Of a DNA stretch of 64,000 bases, positions 27,170-40,011 are shown one piece after another; within the stretch, counting starts at the first letter, position 1, and every line of letters begins with the position of its first letter. Source of the stretch: Chrysomallon squamiferum (taxonomy: Eukaryota; Animalia; Mollusca). The notes beneath the pieces were generated by a model. The model did not search any database, was not told where the DNA came from, and saw only the letters and a list, made by a program, of their open reading frames with translations. Both the position numbers and the translations under genes were made by a program. The stretch lies in the NCBI GenBank assembly GCA_012295275.1, contig CM022672.1:21390001-21454000 (forward strand). The letters run 5' to 3'.

Positions 27170-27740
27170 TAGTTACCAGACGTTTTAGTATACGTTACAC
27201 CTGTTTAAACTATACTTATATGTCTAACCACCTGCCGAGTTGTTCCGCTTCAGTGGTTTCTCCAACTTGGGTTTCCAACAATGTAATTATCAGAATTCGT
27301 GTCAGACAGATGTCACACGGCGCAGTACGTATTAATAATATCGTAATTATAAAACAATAAATAATGTTCACGTCTATAACGAAGAATCGTCAGCCGTCAG
27401 CTGCGAAGACCTATAATGACAGTTTCACACCAACAAGTGACAGGCGCCTGTCACTGTTGCGTGAAAGAACGTAAGTCAGAACACGCCTCTTAATTTAAGT
27501 ATCTGGAAACACATTTCCTAAAAGAAAAAATATAAAAGAAAAAACCAAGACAGCGACGTTGCTATATAAAATATTTGCAATATATGTCTGTTCATGAAAA
27601 CTGCAGTCATAAATGGGTTGTCTTAAATTGCCATTGAAACTTCTATAAACATTAGTTTAGAAAAATCAGACGCATGCGTATTGGTAGCAAAATATTTCCG
27701 TTTCCTTTGGATTAGTAGCAGAGTTATTTCCCTTAGCTAT
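27170..27740. promoter_or_regulatory. CpG-enriched promoter region of FAM102A
   Basis: CG dinucleotides are far denser here than in the CpG-poor flanks, directly upstream of the FAM102A ATG. It contains a 20-bp palindrome (27436-27455) and an NRF1-like ACGCATGCGT (about 27670-27679). Confidence 0.65.
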
Positions 27741-29212
27741 AACTTACCAGTTAGATGTTAAGAATAAGTTGAGGAATGTTCGTTGTAATTAGACCGTTAC
27801 AACCCTTCCTCAAAAAATTTAACTAGCAATAAATAAAACTGAAGTTGTACCAAGATATAATATGTTATTAAAAGAAATTTGAAGTTGTTTATATTTCCCC
27901 CCCCCCAAGTAGAATTAGATAAATAATTGATTGCTGGCATAATATGTTGTCCTTAATCACAGGAATACAAATTACATTATTTATATTTTGAGATAAAGTC
28001 TGTTTAAAAGAGACAACTGAAATGCGCATTTTAAATAATAAAAGTAATAAATGAATAAACCTATTTTTATACAGGAATGGCTATGAATTATTTCCACAGT
28101 GTACTTGGTAGTTATTTTATGATTATTATAATTGCCCCATGAAAGCCCCTTACAACTTGGAAGTCAAACTGATAATAATCTGATCTAAATACAATTAATT
28201 CTGTTCACAAGAAATAAAGGATTTCTAGAAATTAACAGTATAAAAAATATGCCACATATTTATACTGGGCTAAGAGGTGAAAGAATGTAGTAATAAGAGG
28301 CATTGAGCTATGTGTAAGCTTTTCATTATACACGTTTGATGAGCAAGTTAAACACTGTGATTATTCTGTGTGTTCATGTTTCCAACATTTAATTAAAGAG
28401 TGACTATTGTGATGCCTTGTTAGTTGTAAGTATTTCGTGACTGACTAGGTATCAGTTACATGTAATTATTTAAGGCAGAATATTTTGATACAATTAGATT
28501 GAAATTCTTATGGACAATTTATTTTGCTTCCCCTTTATTATGTAAGTTTTGTGGACACAAATATTTTATTTTTCAAGTGTATCTGTAGAGGATTAATCTG
28601 GTATGTAATGGGTGACAGAATCATCAGAGTAATCTCCAGTTCATTGACTAGTTTACCAATGGTTTTAATATATACTTTGCAGTTTTAGTGAAATACACAT
28701 AAAACATACCTGTTGCTGAAGGAAAATAAGGAAACCATATATCAGAATTACTAAAAGTATACTTACATAAGTAATTAATTTACTGCTGTAGTGATGATAC
28801 ATACAGAAAAAAACAAAACTAGATCACTGAGAACTGAGACTACCTTTGTCATTGTTATATCAAAATTCTTGTAAATGTAAGTAATTGTTTTAAACTTTGA
28901 AATATTTTGTATATTGCTATTATTTTTTTTTATATATGGAAATTAAAACTCACAGATGTTCTTAATATTATATCGAAGCTCTTGTAAATGTTTGTGTTCA
29001 CTGTTTCATCAATGGAAATGTTTTGTGTTATGTTATATCTTTATGCAGCTTGATATACATGTATCCACAGAAGGATGGATAGAGGAATATACAGTATTTA
29101 CAGAAAATAATACAAATTACCAATACACCATTTATTTATTAATTATTTCTTAAAGTAGTTAATACAAGAGAACAAAATTGAATAAACAAATCATTTTTTT
29201 CTATTCTTTAAA

Positions 29213-32200
29213 TTAAAAATAGGTTTTGGTCCAACATATGCCTTGGGAAGTTGATTCTGAACTGTTTGCAGACGTGATGGATGTTGAGGGACAGTTATAA
29301 TCTGAAATATCTTGTTCGTCTATATCAGGAAGTGACATATCATCATCAAAAACATCATCCAAAATGCATGGTTTTAAAGGCTTCATGGATTTCTATGAAA
29401 ATGAAAATGAAAAAAAATGAAAAATTATGCAAGTATATGTATTACTATGACAATAAATAATTCCATGTTGACAGATTTTAGATTTTACATTTTTAATACA
29501 TAAAATAATGAATTAATTATTTTTGTATTTGTTTTGTGTTCTCTTTCATTATAAAAATATAAAATTTCCAAATCTATTGACTATAATAAAACACTGCTTT
29601 AAGCATTATAAAATATATATATATTTAAAACAAATATAAATATATTCAATTGTTCATGTATAAACTGCCATTTTGATTAGTAATTAGTAAATTTATTCAT
29701 TTATTCCTTGTATTTAATATTTATTATTAGCTACCTTTGTGTCATTCTGTGTTGTTTGTAGTTTTCTTACTGGAAAGTTGCTTACACAGTGTCTGTTTCC
29801 AATCAGAGGTGGCTTTGAAAAAAACATACAAAAATTAATTTAGATTAAAATTTTATGTAGGAAGTAACTGTTTACTGCCTTGCAATATCAGCTTTATTCT
29901 GCAAAGATTGCATTAACCATTCAGTTCATGTAGGATAAAACTGATATCTTGAGACTATAACCAGTTATTTCTGTTATCCTGCAATACTAAATAATGTAAA
30001 AATGTAATGAATGTTTTATTTCTCAAAAGTAACTTTAAACAATGTATATATATATATATATACATGCTGTTTCTGATTTTTCATAATGTTTTTAATACAT
30101 TGAAATGTCAAAACCCTGGATCACTAAAAGTTATAGCAAGTTTACCAATAACAAATTCATTTTTGTTTGATTACCTTAATTTCATTAGATCAAAAATAAT
30201 TACTTAATGAATCAACAAAACATAACAGCCTTTATTCATCCTCATATCCTTGTTCTTGTTGACAGTCACTTTCTTAGCAAAGTCAGAAAGAAATAAAACA
30301 AAATCTTGAGAACAAATAAATAAATTTAGGTTATTTATTTCCCCACCATAGTGCAACATCTTCATCAAGATAAATGAAACACTGTACCTGCACAGACTGA
30401 GTAGGTAGTCCAGATTTTGTCATTGCTTCTGAAGATCTCATTGACTGATGATGCTGTTGTTGGGTTTGCCGTTGCCGTAGAAGGTACTGAAGATGCTTAA
30501 TTTCTTGTTGCAGCTTTTGACATTCGTTTTCCAAAGGAATGGACTGACACGCTGCAAGTTGTTGCTGAAGTCTGTAATGAACAAATTTATGAATATTTAT
30601 TTTGTCTATATACTGTTCATTATTATTTTTATTTTATATTTCCCTTATTGTCTCTTTTCTTAAATATATTCTGTTGGATGGCATTTTCATACCTCAAAAA
30701 TACAAAATGCTTAAGATTTTACAAAAGAGATAACCTTGTGAATTCAGTTTCATTTTGTGGCAAGTGAAGAGTTGCCTCCCTTTCTTCTTCCAACATTTGT
30801 AGTTTTTTCTGTTCAGAAATGAATTTCATCTCCACATCTAAAAGAAAGTAGTATCGATTTTATCTATCAAAACTGCAGATGGAAAATTTATATAAACTTG
30901 AAATTTAAATAAAATAATTTTTAAATGTACAAAGATTTTAAATTTTCAAGGGGTTAATTTAACTGTAAAAACTTAAAGATGAAAAGTGTAATTTGTAAAA
31001 TAAATGTATGTGAGTGTGGTAATTCAAAGAAAAACAAACCTTTATACCATCCCAAAATAACAAAAATATAATCTTTCATTCCTGGAATTGGAGTAGAAAT
31101 AGTCTAATAATATTTGAAAGATAGAGTTTAAAATATTCTCTAGTTGAAAAATAGAGTTTAAAATATTCTCTATCTTCTTAATATTTTATCAAAAAAAAAA
31201 AAAAATATAATAATAATAAAATAAAAAATATATAATAAAAAATACAAATAGAAGTGTGACCAGAAAGCTGCTCTTTCATTATTTTAAGTTGCTTTTCCAC
31301 TTTTTCTTGTTCTTTCTTCATCTGTTCAATCTGCTTAGCATTTTCTTCATAATCTTCCACTTCTAAAATGGAATAAAGGGGTGAATAAAATAGTGAAGCC
31401 AAATATTATCTCTGTCTGCATCACATTGTTGCATATAAAGTTACATGTCAGAGCACAGTTATAATGCACTACCTTTTATGAATTCTTTTTCCTTTTCTTG
31501 ACATATGACAATTCTGTCATGAACTTCCTTTTCCTGGATTAATCTTCTGCTTGCCAACAAATCATACTTTTGTGAAAAATAACCTACTTCAGAACAAAAC
31601 TGTTTCGTTCTATTTTCTGAAGTATCTTTCACTTCTTCCTGTTAAAAATTAGTTTGAAATAGTTTAAGATAAAATCTTGTCTGTAAATGTATTTGTAATT
31701 CATACATTAATCAGTGAATTTGATAAATATATAAAAACAAATAAATAAATAAATAAAACGCCAAAATCCAAAATATCATATTCTTAGAAAAATAAAAGCT
31801 TAATATTTTCAATTCATCAAATAATAACTGAATTCGATATGTAATTTCTTTTTATTGTTATTTTAATTGGGGTTATTCTTTTATATTTAAGTTACTGAAT
31901 ACTGGTAAATTTGCATTTAGGAAATTAAAAAAATAAATAAATAAAACAACAAAAACAAAATCACTAAATTGTTGGGAAAATATAACATTAACCTTTGGTT
32001 AATAAAACTTCATACCAGTTGTTTTTTAAACTCTGCAGTTTCATTCTTTATACAGTCTCTTTTATCAGATAAGATTTTTCTTCTGGTATGGTGCCATGTA
32101 TTTTGTAGTTCTTCATCATTCAGACGTTGAACCTAATTTAACAATACCCAGCAGATTATAATTCTTATTATAGTTAAGAATAAAATTTAGAATATTAAAA

Positions 32201-32567
32201 CTGTTAATGTCAATAAACACTTCAACAAATGAATTAAAATAAAATAAAGCAAACAAATAAATAATTAAAAAACATCAAAAGCAAAAACAAAAATAAAAAA
32301 ATCGAGCAACTATTGTAATAATTATAATCCAGTTTAAATGTTTCAGTTGTATTCATGATTCATTAATTTTGGTTACTATGTTTTTGTAACGAATTTTACA
32401 CACAGCTTAATTTTAAAAAATATTTATAATTATAATTTACTTTTAAAACTAACTGCCCCTTCAACGTTTCCCGTTCGTCTTTAGTTTCATTAATATTCTT
32501 TTGGAACTCACATACTTTTGCTTTTACTGCAACAAAAATAAACAAATAAATAAAATAAATAAATAAA

Positions 32568-32603
<36 letters not shown>

Positions 32604-32739
32604 TAGAAAGGAGTACAAATGTTACTATTTGGTAAAATTGAACATTCCTTTTATTATCCGAATTTATTGCTGCCTCTCACTTCACGATGTATGTTGTTTT
32701 TATGAAATATATGATCATTATGTTTGCGTGCATGCGTGC

Positions 32740-32817
<78 letters not shown>

Positions 32818-33094
32818 AGAGAGAGTCATTATTTAGTTACTGTTTGAATAACGTTTGCACTAATGTCTAATATTCAGTGTAACATTGACACGGTTAGTAG
32901 TTTCTTTGTAGATAATACGATAGTGAAAAATAAATAATTCTTGAGAATTAATTTTGTTAAATATTATTGACAATAATATTTATGCAATAATGAAATTTTA
33001 TGAATTAACCTTCTTGTAAATAGAGGTTACGCTTCTGAACTCGTTGCTCAGAGTGAATAATTTGCTCAAAAAGATCGTTCAAGGTGTCGCCCAT
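29213..33094 (-). CDS. CCDC172: Coiled-coil domain-containing protein 172-like, 9 exons, 366 aa
   Basis: Exons 33094-33010, 32526-32441, 32132-32016, 31638-31473, 31362-31261, 30837-30735, 30571-30388, 29812-29735 and 29392-29213 are GT-AG, phase-consistent, total 1101 nt. Motifs TLNDLFEQIIHSEQ, FCSEVGYFSQKYDL and PQNETEFTRLQQQL resemble recalled CCDC172 motifs (SLESLFQHIIFTEH, FIKEITDFNNDYEI, PQNDTECLRLKKEL). The last two exons are less certain. Confidence 0.8.
32742..32825. repeat. (GA)n microsatellite; others at 20061-20122 and (CT)n at 33931-34011
   Basis: Direct reading. Confidence 0.95.
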
Positions 33095-33693
33095 AGATCT
33101 GCTGCTAAATTGAAAGTTCCCGCCAAATTTCCAATCATTACTTTGCATTTTCAGTTCGTGTAGATAGATTCCATTAATTTAATATTATTTTTCCTGGTAC
33201 TGAAATCCATTTCTTATTTAAATAACTAAATAAATAAACAAACAAACTGAACTGAAAATAGATTTTTCATATTTAATTGTCTTATTTTATTATAATGTAT
33301 ATAAATAATAATAATAATAATATCATAGTTTTGCCGATGAATTATTCTCATTCAAAATTAAATTATTGCAGTTTATTAATATTGAGTTTATTAATCACCA
33401 AAAATAGGGATAAAAAGAAAAGTAAACAAATGAATAAATAAAAAAACAAAAAAACAAACAAAAGTCAGTTTTATAGGGAATGCTTTATATGGCCTCTATA
33501 TTTAACTTTGACCTGATGAATATGCATATTAACCAATCTATCCAATCATGCAGCTGATGGCTAATGTCTATTTTTAGAACATTTCCTAAAATTTCTATCA
33601 TAACAACAAATGACTATTTCTTAATATATATTTTGATTCATGTTAGTAATCGGCTTAAGATACTCCAACAGCGCAATTACTTATAAAAGAACC
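33095..33693. promoter_or_regulatory. Bidirectional promoter between CCDC172-like and RING genes
   Basis: The ATGs are 600 bp apart, head-to-head. There is an E2F site TTCCCGCCAAA at 33117-33127 and CCAAT boxes at 33131, 33533 and 33542. Confidence 0.65.
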
Positions 33694-33923
33694 ATGGCAG
33701 AAGCAAATGCACATTTAACAAACTGTCCTGAAGAACGAATGGATCGCAATATGCATCAAGAAACGAAAGAAGATACTAGTTCTACTACTAGTACTACTAC
33801 TTGCAGTAGCAACAACAATCCTTTGGAAAAACTTCTGCAACGTCAACGCAGGTAAGATTATTTTAGTAAAAAAATTTAAAAAATGAAAAAAAGAAAAAGT
33901 TTCTTATTCTCGTATTTCAATAA

Positions 33924-34015
<92 letters not shown>

Positions 34016-34714
34016 TATATACAAATAACTGACCACATCAATGAAAACATTTATACTTTTTTGTTTAAAAAATGTTTTGGATATATATATGTATTGATAT
34101 ATGTGTCACTTGTGTGTGTATATATATATATATAAAATAGAAAAATTGCTTCCTATTCTATATAGATCATATTTTATATAATGTTTTAAAGTAATTAGAG
34201 GGGAGTAAGTTCTAGCAAGATAGATTAAGATGACTGCCTCCTATTGGGAGCTTTTGTTAGCACTAGGGATTGTATGGTCATGTGACATGACCATATATGG
34301 CAACTGCTGCTTGGAATTTAAGGGGAAACTCTCAGAGAAAAGCATTGCACTCAGGACAGGGACATTGTAGGACCTTAAAAATAACTAGTTAAAGTGGCGA
34401 CACAGGTCGTGTGGTTTTTTTTGTATTGGTTTGATGTTTTTTGTTGTAAAATTGTGATTTGTTTAATGAACCTGGTTAGTTGTCCTCCTTGGAGACGCCA
34501 AAGTTACAATGTGGTAAACATATACCAGAATTAACTAATATTACAGCCCTTGAATTTGAAACCCCATCTTGTTTGTTATTCCTTGGCTAGTGGTAGATAT
34601 TACATATATACTACAACAACCTGTGGGTCTGAGATAGATAGGCTTGCCTTACTGCCCTAACCTCCCCCCGTTACATATATATATATATGCTTATACTTAT
34701 ACATACATACATAT

Positions 34715-34763
<49 letters not shown>

Positions 34764-37700
34764 TACATACATACATAAACACACATACCTTTTAAAAAAT
34801 ATATATATATACACACACACAGAAAACCTATTTTCTAACCTTTCAAACAGTGAAATAATGAATGAACTAAGAAGCATAGAAGAAGCCGAAAGACCTGTTA
34901 CAGGACAACAAAATCGCAGTAACATCAACAACTTCTTTGTCAAACATCTCACTGAACCAGCTGGCAGCAGTGGTAGGGAAAATGTCCCTTCTAATGTTGA
35001 CAGTGTTGAAGAGCATCGCCCTGAATCAGTGGTGGTTGAGGTGCAGGGGTTGTTTGAACAACACAGGGTTTCCTCCATACTGCAGTCAGCAGCATTCAGA
35101 CGTCAGCTTGAGTCTGCCATCAGAGGAAGCATTACATCAGCTACAAGTCGTGCATCACCAGGACCATCTCGAGTCTCATACCAGATCAGAAATGAATCAA
35201 GAGTTTCTACCCCAGTGACATCCAGAGCATCATCCCAGACTGTGGATAATGTAATTCAGTCAACATCATCTCAACAAGTTCCTGTTCCACAACCACATAG
35301 AAGAAGAATAGCAGCAGCAGCAGCAACAGCAACAGCGTCTGCTCCAGATTCAAGAGTTCCTACTCAAGATAATTTGCTTTCCAGTGATTCACCAAGCATT
35401 GCTACAACAAGTGATGAAGGTAATTTTATAATTATTGTTGTTGTTGTGTTGTTGTTTATTAATTTATTATTATTATTATTATTCATATATTATTATTTTT
35501 ATAATTATTATCATCATCATCATTATTATTATTCATTTATTATTATTGTTATTACTGTTATTTTATTTGAAGTATATCTTCTATTTAAAGCATCTCTGAT
35601 TAAGGGACAGAAGCAAATTTGGCATACAACCTAAATTTCTTGGTTTTCTTTTTAAATGAATTTATTTTACTTTGATAATTATACCCTCTGTGATGACTGT
35701 CCCCTTTTCTTTTGAAATACAAGATCAGTGCATAAACAAAATACTTGTAGTATATGGCTCTATAAAAGTTTAAAGAATAAGTATAATTATAATATTTCAG
35801 TGTCTATATATAAATAAACCAACCCTAAAACACCAACACTTTAGTTCATTTTATGAACAATATTAATATAGTAATCAGATCTTGAGTATACAGTTTGAAA
35901 TAATTTGATCTTTTTAAAAATTGTTCTGATACAATGAATATTTCACTTGTAATTTAAATTTGGTATTCGTTTTGCTTTATTTGAACAGATTCTTCTGCAG
36001 ATGAAATCAGTCCACCTGATATTGGTGTCTGGAGACCTGTTACTGATCGGTATTTATTCTTTTTAAAATGCTTATTAATTTAATTTTTTCAAAGCAGTAA
36101 AACAATGCATGCTTTTAAAATTATGTCATTTTAATAATACATCCACTGTTCCATGGTCATTATTTACCATTTTGATAACAAACACTATCTTTGCAATTAG
36201 ATATCATTAAATGCATCATCAATCCTGTTTGTTGATACAATTTTGTGTCCAGTCTACTACAAATAAATAAACTGTAAAGACTTATTTATGTACAATATAG
36301 ATTTTCAGTTTATATAATAATTTTTTTTTGAATATAATAATTGTTAGATAAGTTTCAAAGCATGCCTGTTCAAATATATAAGTTATGTCTGGAATCATCA
36401 TAACAGTTCAAATGTATTCTTATTTCAATAACTTAATGATTAAAAACAATAATTTATTTATTTTGTTTATATATTTAAAGCCCAGCACAGGCAATATCGT
36501 GGGAAAATGTGACTCAGATTCAGAGAGAAGAATTGGTGGAGGAAATCAGTGAACTTCTTCATCATCGCTTAGTGTCATCAACACTGGAGGGTGAATTCCG
36601 GGGGATGCTGGAAGTTCAAATGCAGGTGTGTACAGGTTTATTATACAGATATGTAATAATAGCTATGCTTTTTATTTTGTATTAATTTTCTACAATTATT
36701 GTGTGAAAAAATTAAACTGTAATATAATAATACAATTTATTTTGATTTATTTTTCTATAGTTATTGTGTGAATGAATTCACTGAAATCATAACACTTCTT
36801 TTTATTTTGTATTATTTTTTATAGTTATTTTATCATTATATAATAAGACAAATTATATATATTTCCAAATGATGAACAACTGGTGGTACAATTATATTGT
36901 AATTTTCTTTATAATCTGTACATTTTACAGACTAACAATATTTTGTATTATTTGCAATAAAATAAAACATAAATAATTCATATAATTATAATATAACATA
37001 TCTAGAAAGAGATAAGTTAATAACTTGGGTGAAAAAGAAATTATAAAATATTTATATATATATTATTATTATTATTATTATAAATAAGATAAAATATCGT
37101 TCAGAATATTATTTATTGATTTGCTTTGTTGTGTAATGAATAAGCTATTTGTAGGTTACTCCTGTCGATTAACTTTAACAAATTATATGTTTTTAGACAT
37201 GACTGGATGTAAATTACAGATAATGACAGACCTATAATAAATTATCTTATTGAGGAAGGGAGATAATTCTGTGAAGAGGGGTTTAATTTCATCATTGTAA
37301 AAATGAACTGAATGTGTATTTAATCGAACCTTGGGACAAAAAATGTCATATAAGAAGTGAGCAAGAGAATATGTTAATAAACCAGTTTCAAATTTAACTT
37401 CAAATTTTGGCGAAAGCTCAATTTTAATTAAAATAAAGAGAAACTTCAAACTCCAGAATTTTATTTCAAATAGTTAAGACAAAACTGTCAAAAGGTTAGA
37501 TTCACTGGCACAATCTGTGCAATGATCTTGGAAGACTGATATAAAATGTATCCTCAAATTCATGTTAATTATTTGTGTTTAATTTTCAATATTTATTTAT
37601 TTACTATTTATTTTTTATTTTTTATTTTTTTCAATAATTTAAACATAACTTTTTTGTAATTCAGAATCGTCTTCAGAACATGGAATTTGATGGTGAAAAT

Positions 37701-39386
37701 GTGGCCAACTTTGTGCGCTCGATTCCAAGAACACAACCAATCATACATAATGATTTCAGCCATCTTGGGCTACAGCCTCCAGTGGATAATCTTGACAACA
37801 TTTCAGTGACCAGTCTCAGTGCTACAGCAGTTCCTTACACTCATGTAAGTTATTCTTCTTCATTTTATGACAGTCGTTATTGTTTATTTTGTATTCTTTT
37901 TTAAATTCTTAATTTTAAAATATAGCTAAGATGACAAAAATAGGCTGAATACATTTTACTTCTGAATGATAGATTTTGTGTATAAAAATGTGTTATCAGT
38001 GATCATTTGCTGCTAATAATAAAGTATGATTATTCTGACTGAAATTAAACAAATAAATATATCTTGTATATTATGTAGTTCAGGTGTGTTATTTGGTATT
38101 ATATTTATATGTGATAAAAAGTTTTTTGTTACAATTAATATATGATTATTCAGCATAAAAAATTCATAAATACATAATCAAGTCTGAGTATACTGCCAAA
38201 ATAATCACAATCATTACCTTTTATGATTACATTCTTTTATATACAGTTATATATTTTATTTGCTATTCTGTTTATGTGTGATAAATGTTTTCATGATGTA
38301 ATGTATGATTACTCAGCTTAAAAAATATCCAAATACATTTTGTATGCATCTAGATGACGAGTCTTTTAATAATAAAGTTTCTGAGGTCTCATGGAGATTA
38401 TCTTCAACCACATTCAGCAACAGGAATTAATTTTGAAAAAACAACAAATAACCAGAAAATATTTCCATTTGTTGCTGATCAGTATTAATACATGCATCAC
38501 CTGTTAGATTATAGAAAACTGGATTGAAACATTTATTTTCTATTCACAGAGTAATTTATATCTGAGTCGTGAAATTCAGAGTCTTAAGGCACAGTTGGCA
38601 GAGATGAAGAACATGATCAAATTGAACTTTGACCTTTCACTGGATATCCAGCGTGCTGTGAGGCAAGAAGTGGCTGCTGGGCTTGCAATGGCTGCAGGTT
38701 TGTGTTCAGAATGTATTTACAGTCCTGACGTGCTGGTGGTTTAAACTGTTAGATAAATCTAATGGATGTATTCATTGTATTCACAGTAATCTTTTGTGAA
38801 TTTTGGAATAATAGTACTAGTACTCAATACCATTTATGAAAAAATCCAAGTAATCAAATTATACTTCAGTAAACTGCCAAAATTATCAGTCATTATTACC
38901 TTTTATAATTACATTTTTTAATATATATAATATAGTTATTTCTTGAGATAACAACATTTTTAGTTTATAATTATAATTTTTATTTGTTTATCCATTTATC
39001 ACATATGTATATTTGGAAGATTCAGAACTGTTTTTTTTTTTAAATGTATTGCTGAGGGTTTTTTATTTGATATTGCATTATTTATTAGATTTTTTGTTTG
39101 TTAATTTGTTAATTTTTTTTTGTTAATTTTTTTTTTTTATCATTTCTTCACAGGAGACAATAATGTAAAAGCTGCATCACCATCATCCACATTCTCCGTG
39201 CCAATCAGTGACAGTCACTGTGTTATTTGTCTGGAGAACCACTCTGACACTGTGCTGTATCAGTGTGGACACATGTGTGTGTGTTATGCATGTGGCAAAC
39301 ATCTTTTGTCTCTTCAGTCAAAATGTCCAATGTGTCGGGCTCCAATTAAAGACATCATCCGTGCTTACAAATGCTCAAATGAATAA
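33694..39386 (+). CDS. RING-HC (zf-C3HC4_3 type) E3 ubiquitin ligase with helical repeats and coiled coil, 7 exons, 497 aa
   Basis: Exons 33694-33851, 34851-35419, 35989-36049, 36481-36625, 37665-37844, 38550-38697 and 39154-39386 are GT-AG, phase-consistent, total 1494 nt. The C-terminal RING is CVICLENHSDTVLYQCGHMCVCYACGKHLLSLQSKCPMCRAPIKDIIRAY, preceded by the coiled coil EIQSLKAQLAEMKNMIKLNFDLSLDIQRAVRQEVAAGL. No NHR domain was seen. Confidence 0.9.
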
Positions 39387-40011
39387 CAAAATACTACTTG
39401 AGAAGACTTGCTACCATACTTTAAAATAAATAACAAATGAATAAATATATGTGGGTAAGTAAGTGTAAATAAATAAATAAAATGTACAAAAGTGAGTACG
39501 TAAATAAATAAATAAAATTATTGTTTAAACTACGTTGTCACAATGTGTTTTTGGCTGGAAAAATATGTGAATGCTGATAAAACCATCTTTATTCACATAC
39601 ACCCCCCATCAAAAGCAGCTTTACCTGCTCAGGTACAGCATGAACATACTCAAAATATTTCATAACTTCAGAAATGTTTGGCGTGGAGCAGTAGTTCACC
39701 TATCATCTGGAAGCTTAGGACAAAAGTAACAATGTGCATCCATGAAAAATATTTATATACCTGTAAATATGTTAAAAGTGAATTAATTAAGCTTGTAAAG
39801 CATGAAACGGATGATATTTTTCCCCAATTTTTTATGATAGATTATGCAATAACAATAAACAATTTTTTGAAAATAATTAGTCTATTTGATGACATCATGA
39901 TATACAGACTTCAAATTAATGCTGTCGATTGCCCAAGAAACAGAAATGTATATAATTTAGTATAATTTTGTATGTTGTTTCAGTTTTTTCTAATGTGTAA
40001 CAGATCTTTAG

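Noticed and set aside
34687-34850. N-terminal part of the 315-aa ORF and acceptor at 34822
   Set aside because: Microsatellite-derived, and that acceptor has the wrong phase. The 34850 acceptor has a CTAAC branch point and the right phase.
39678-39965. 95-aa ORF after the RING stop
   Set aside because: TTG start, no recognisable domain, and it lies in the probable 3' UTR. The faint resemblance to the RING gene's helical repeat is not convincing.
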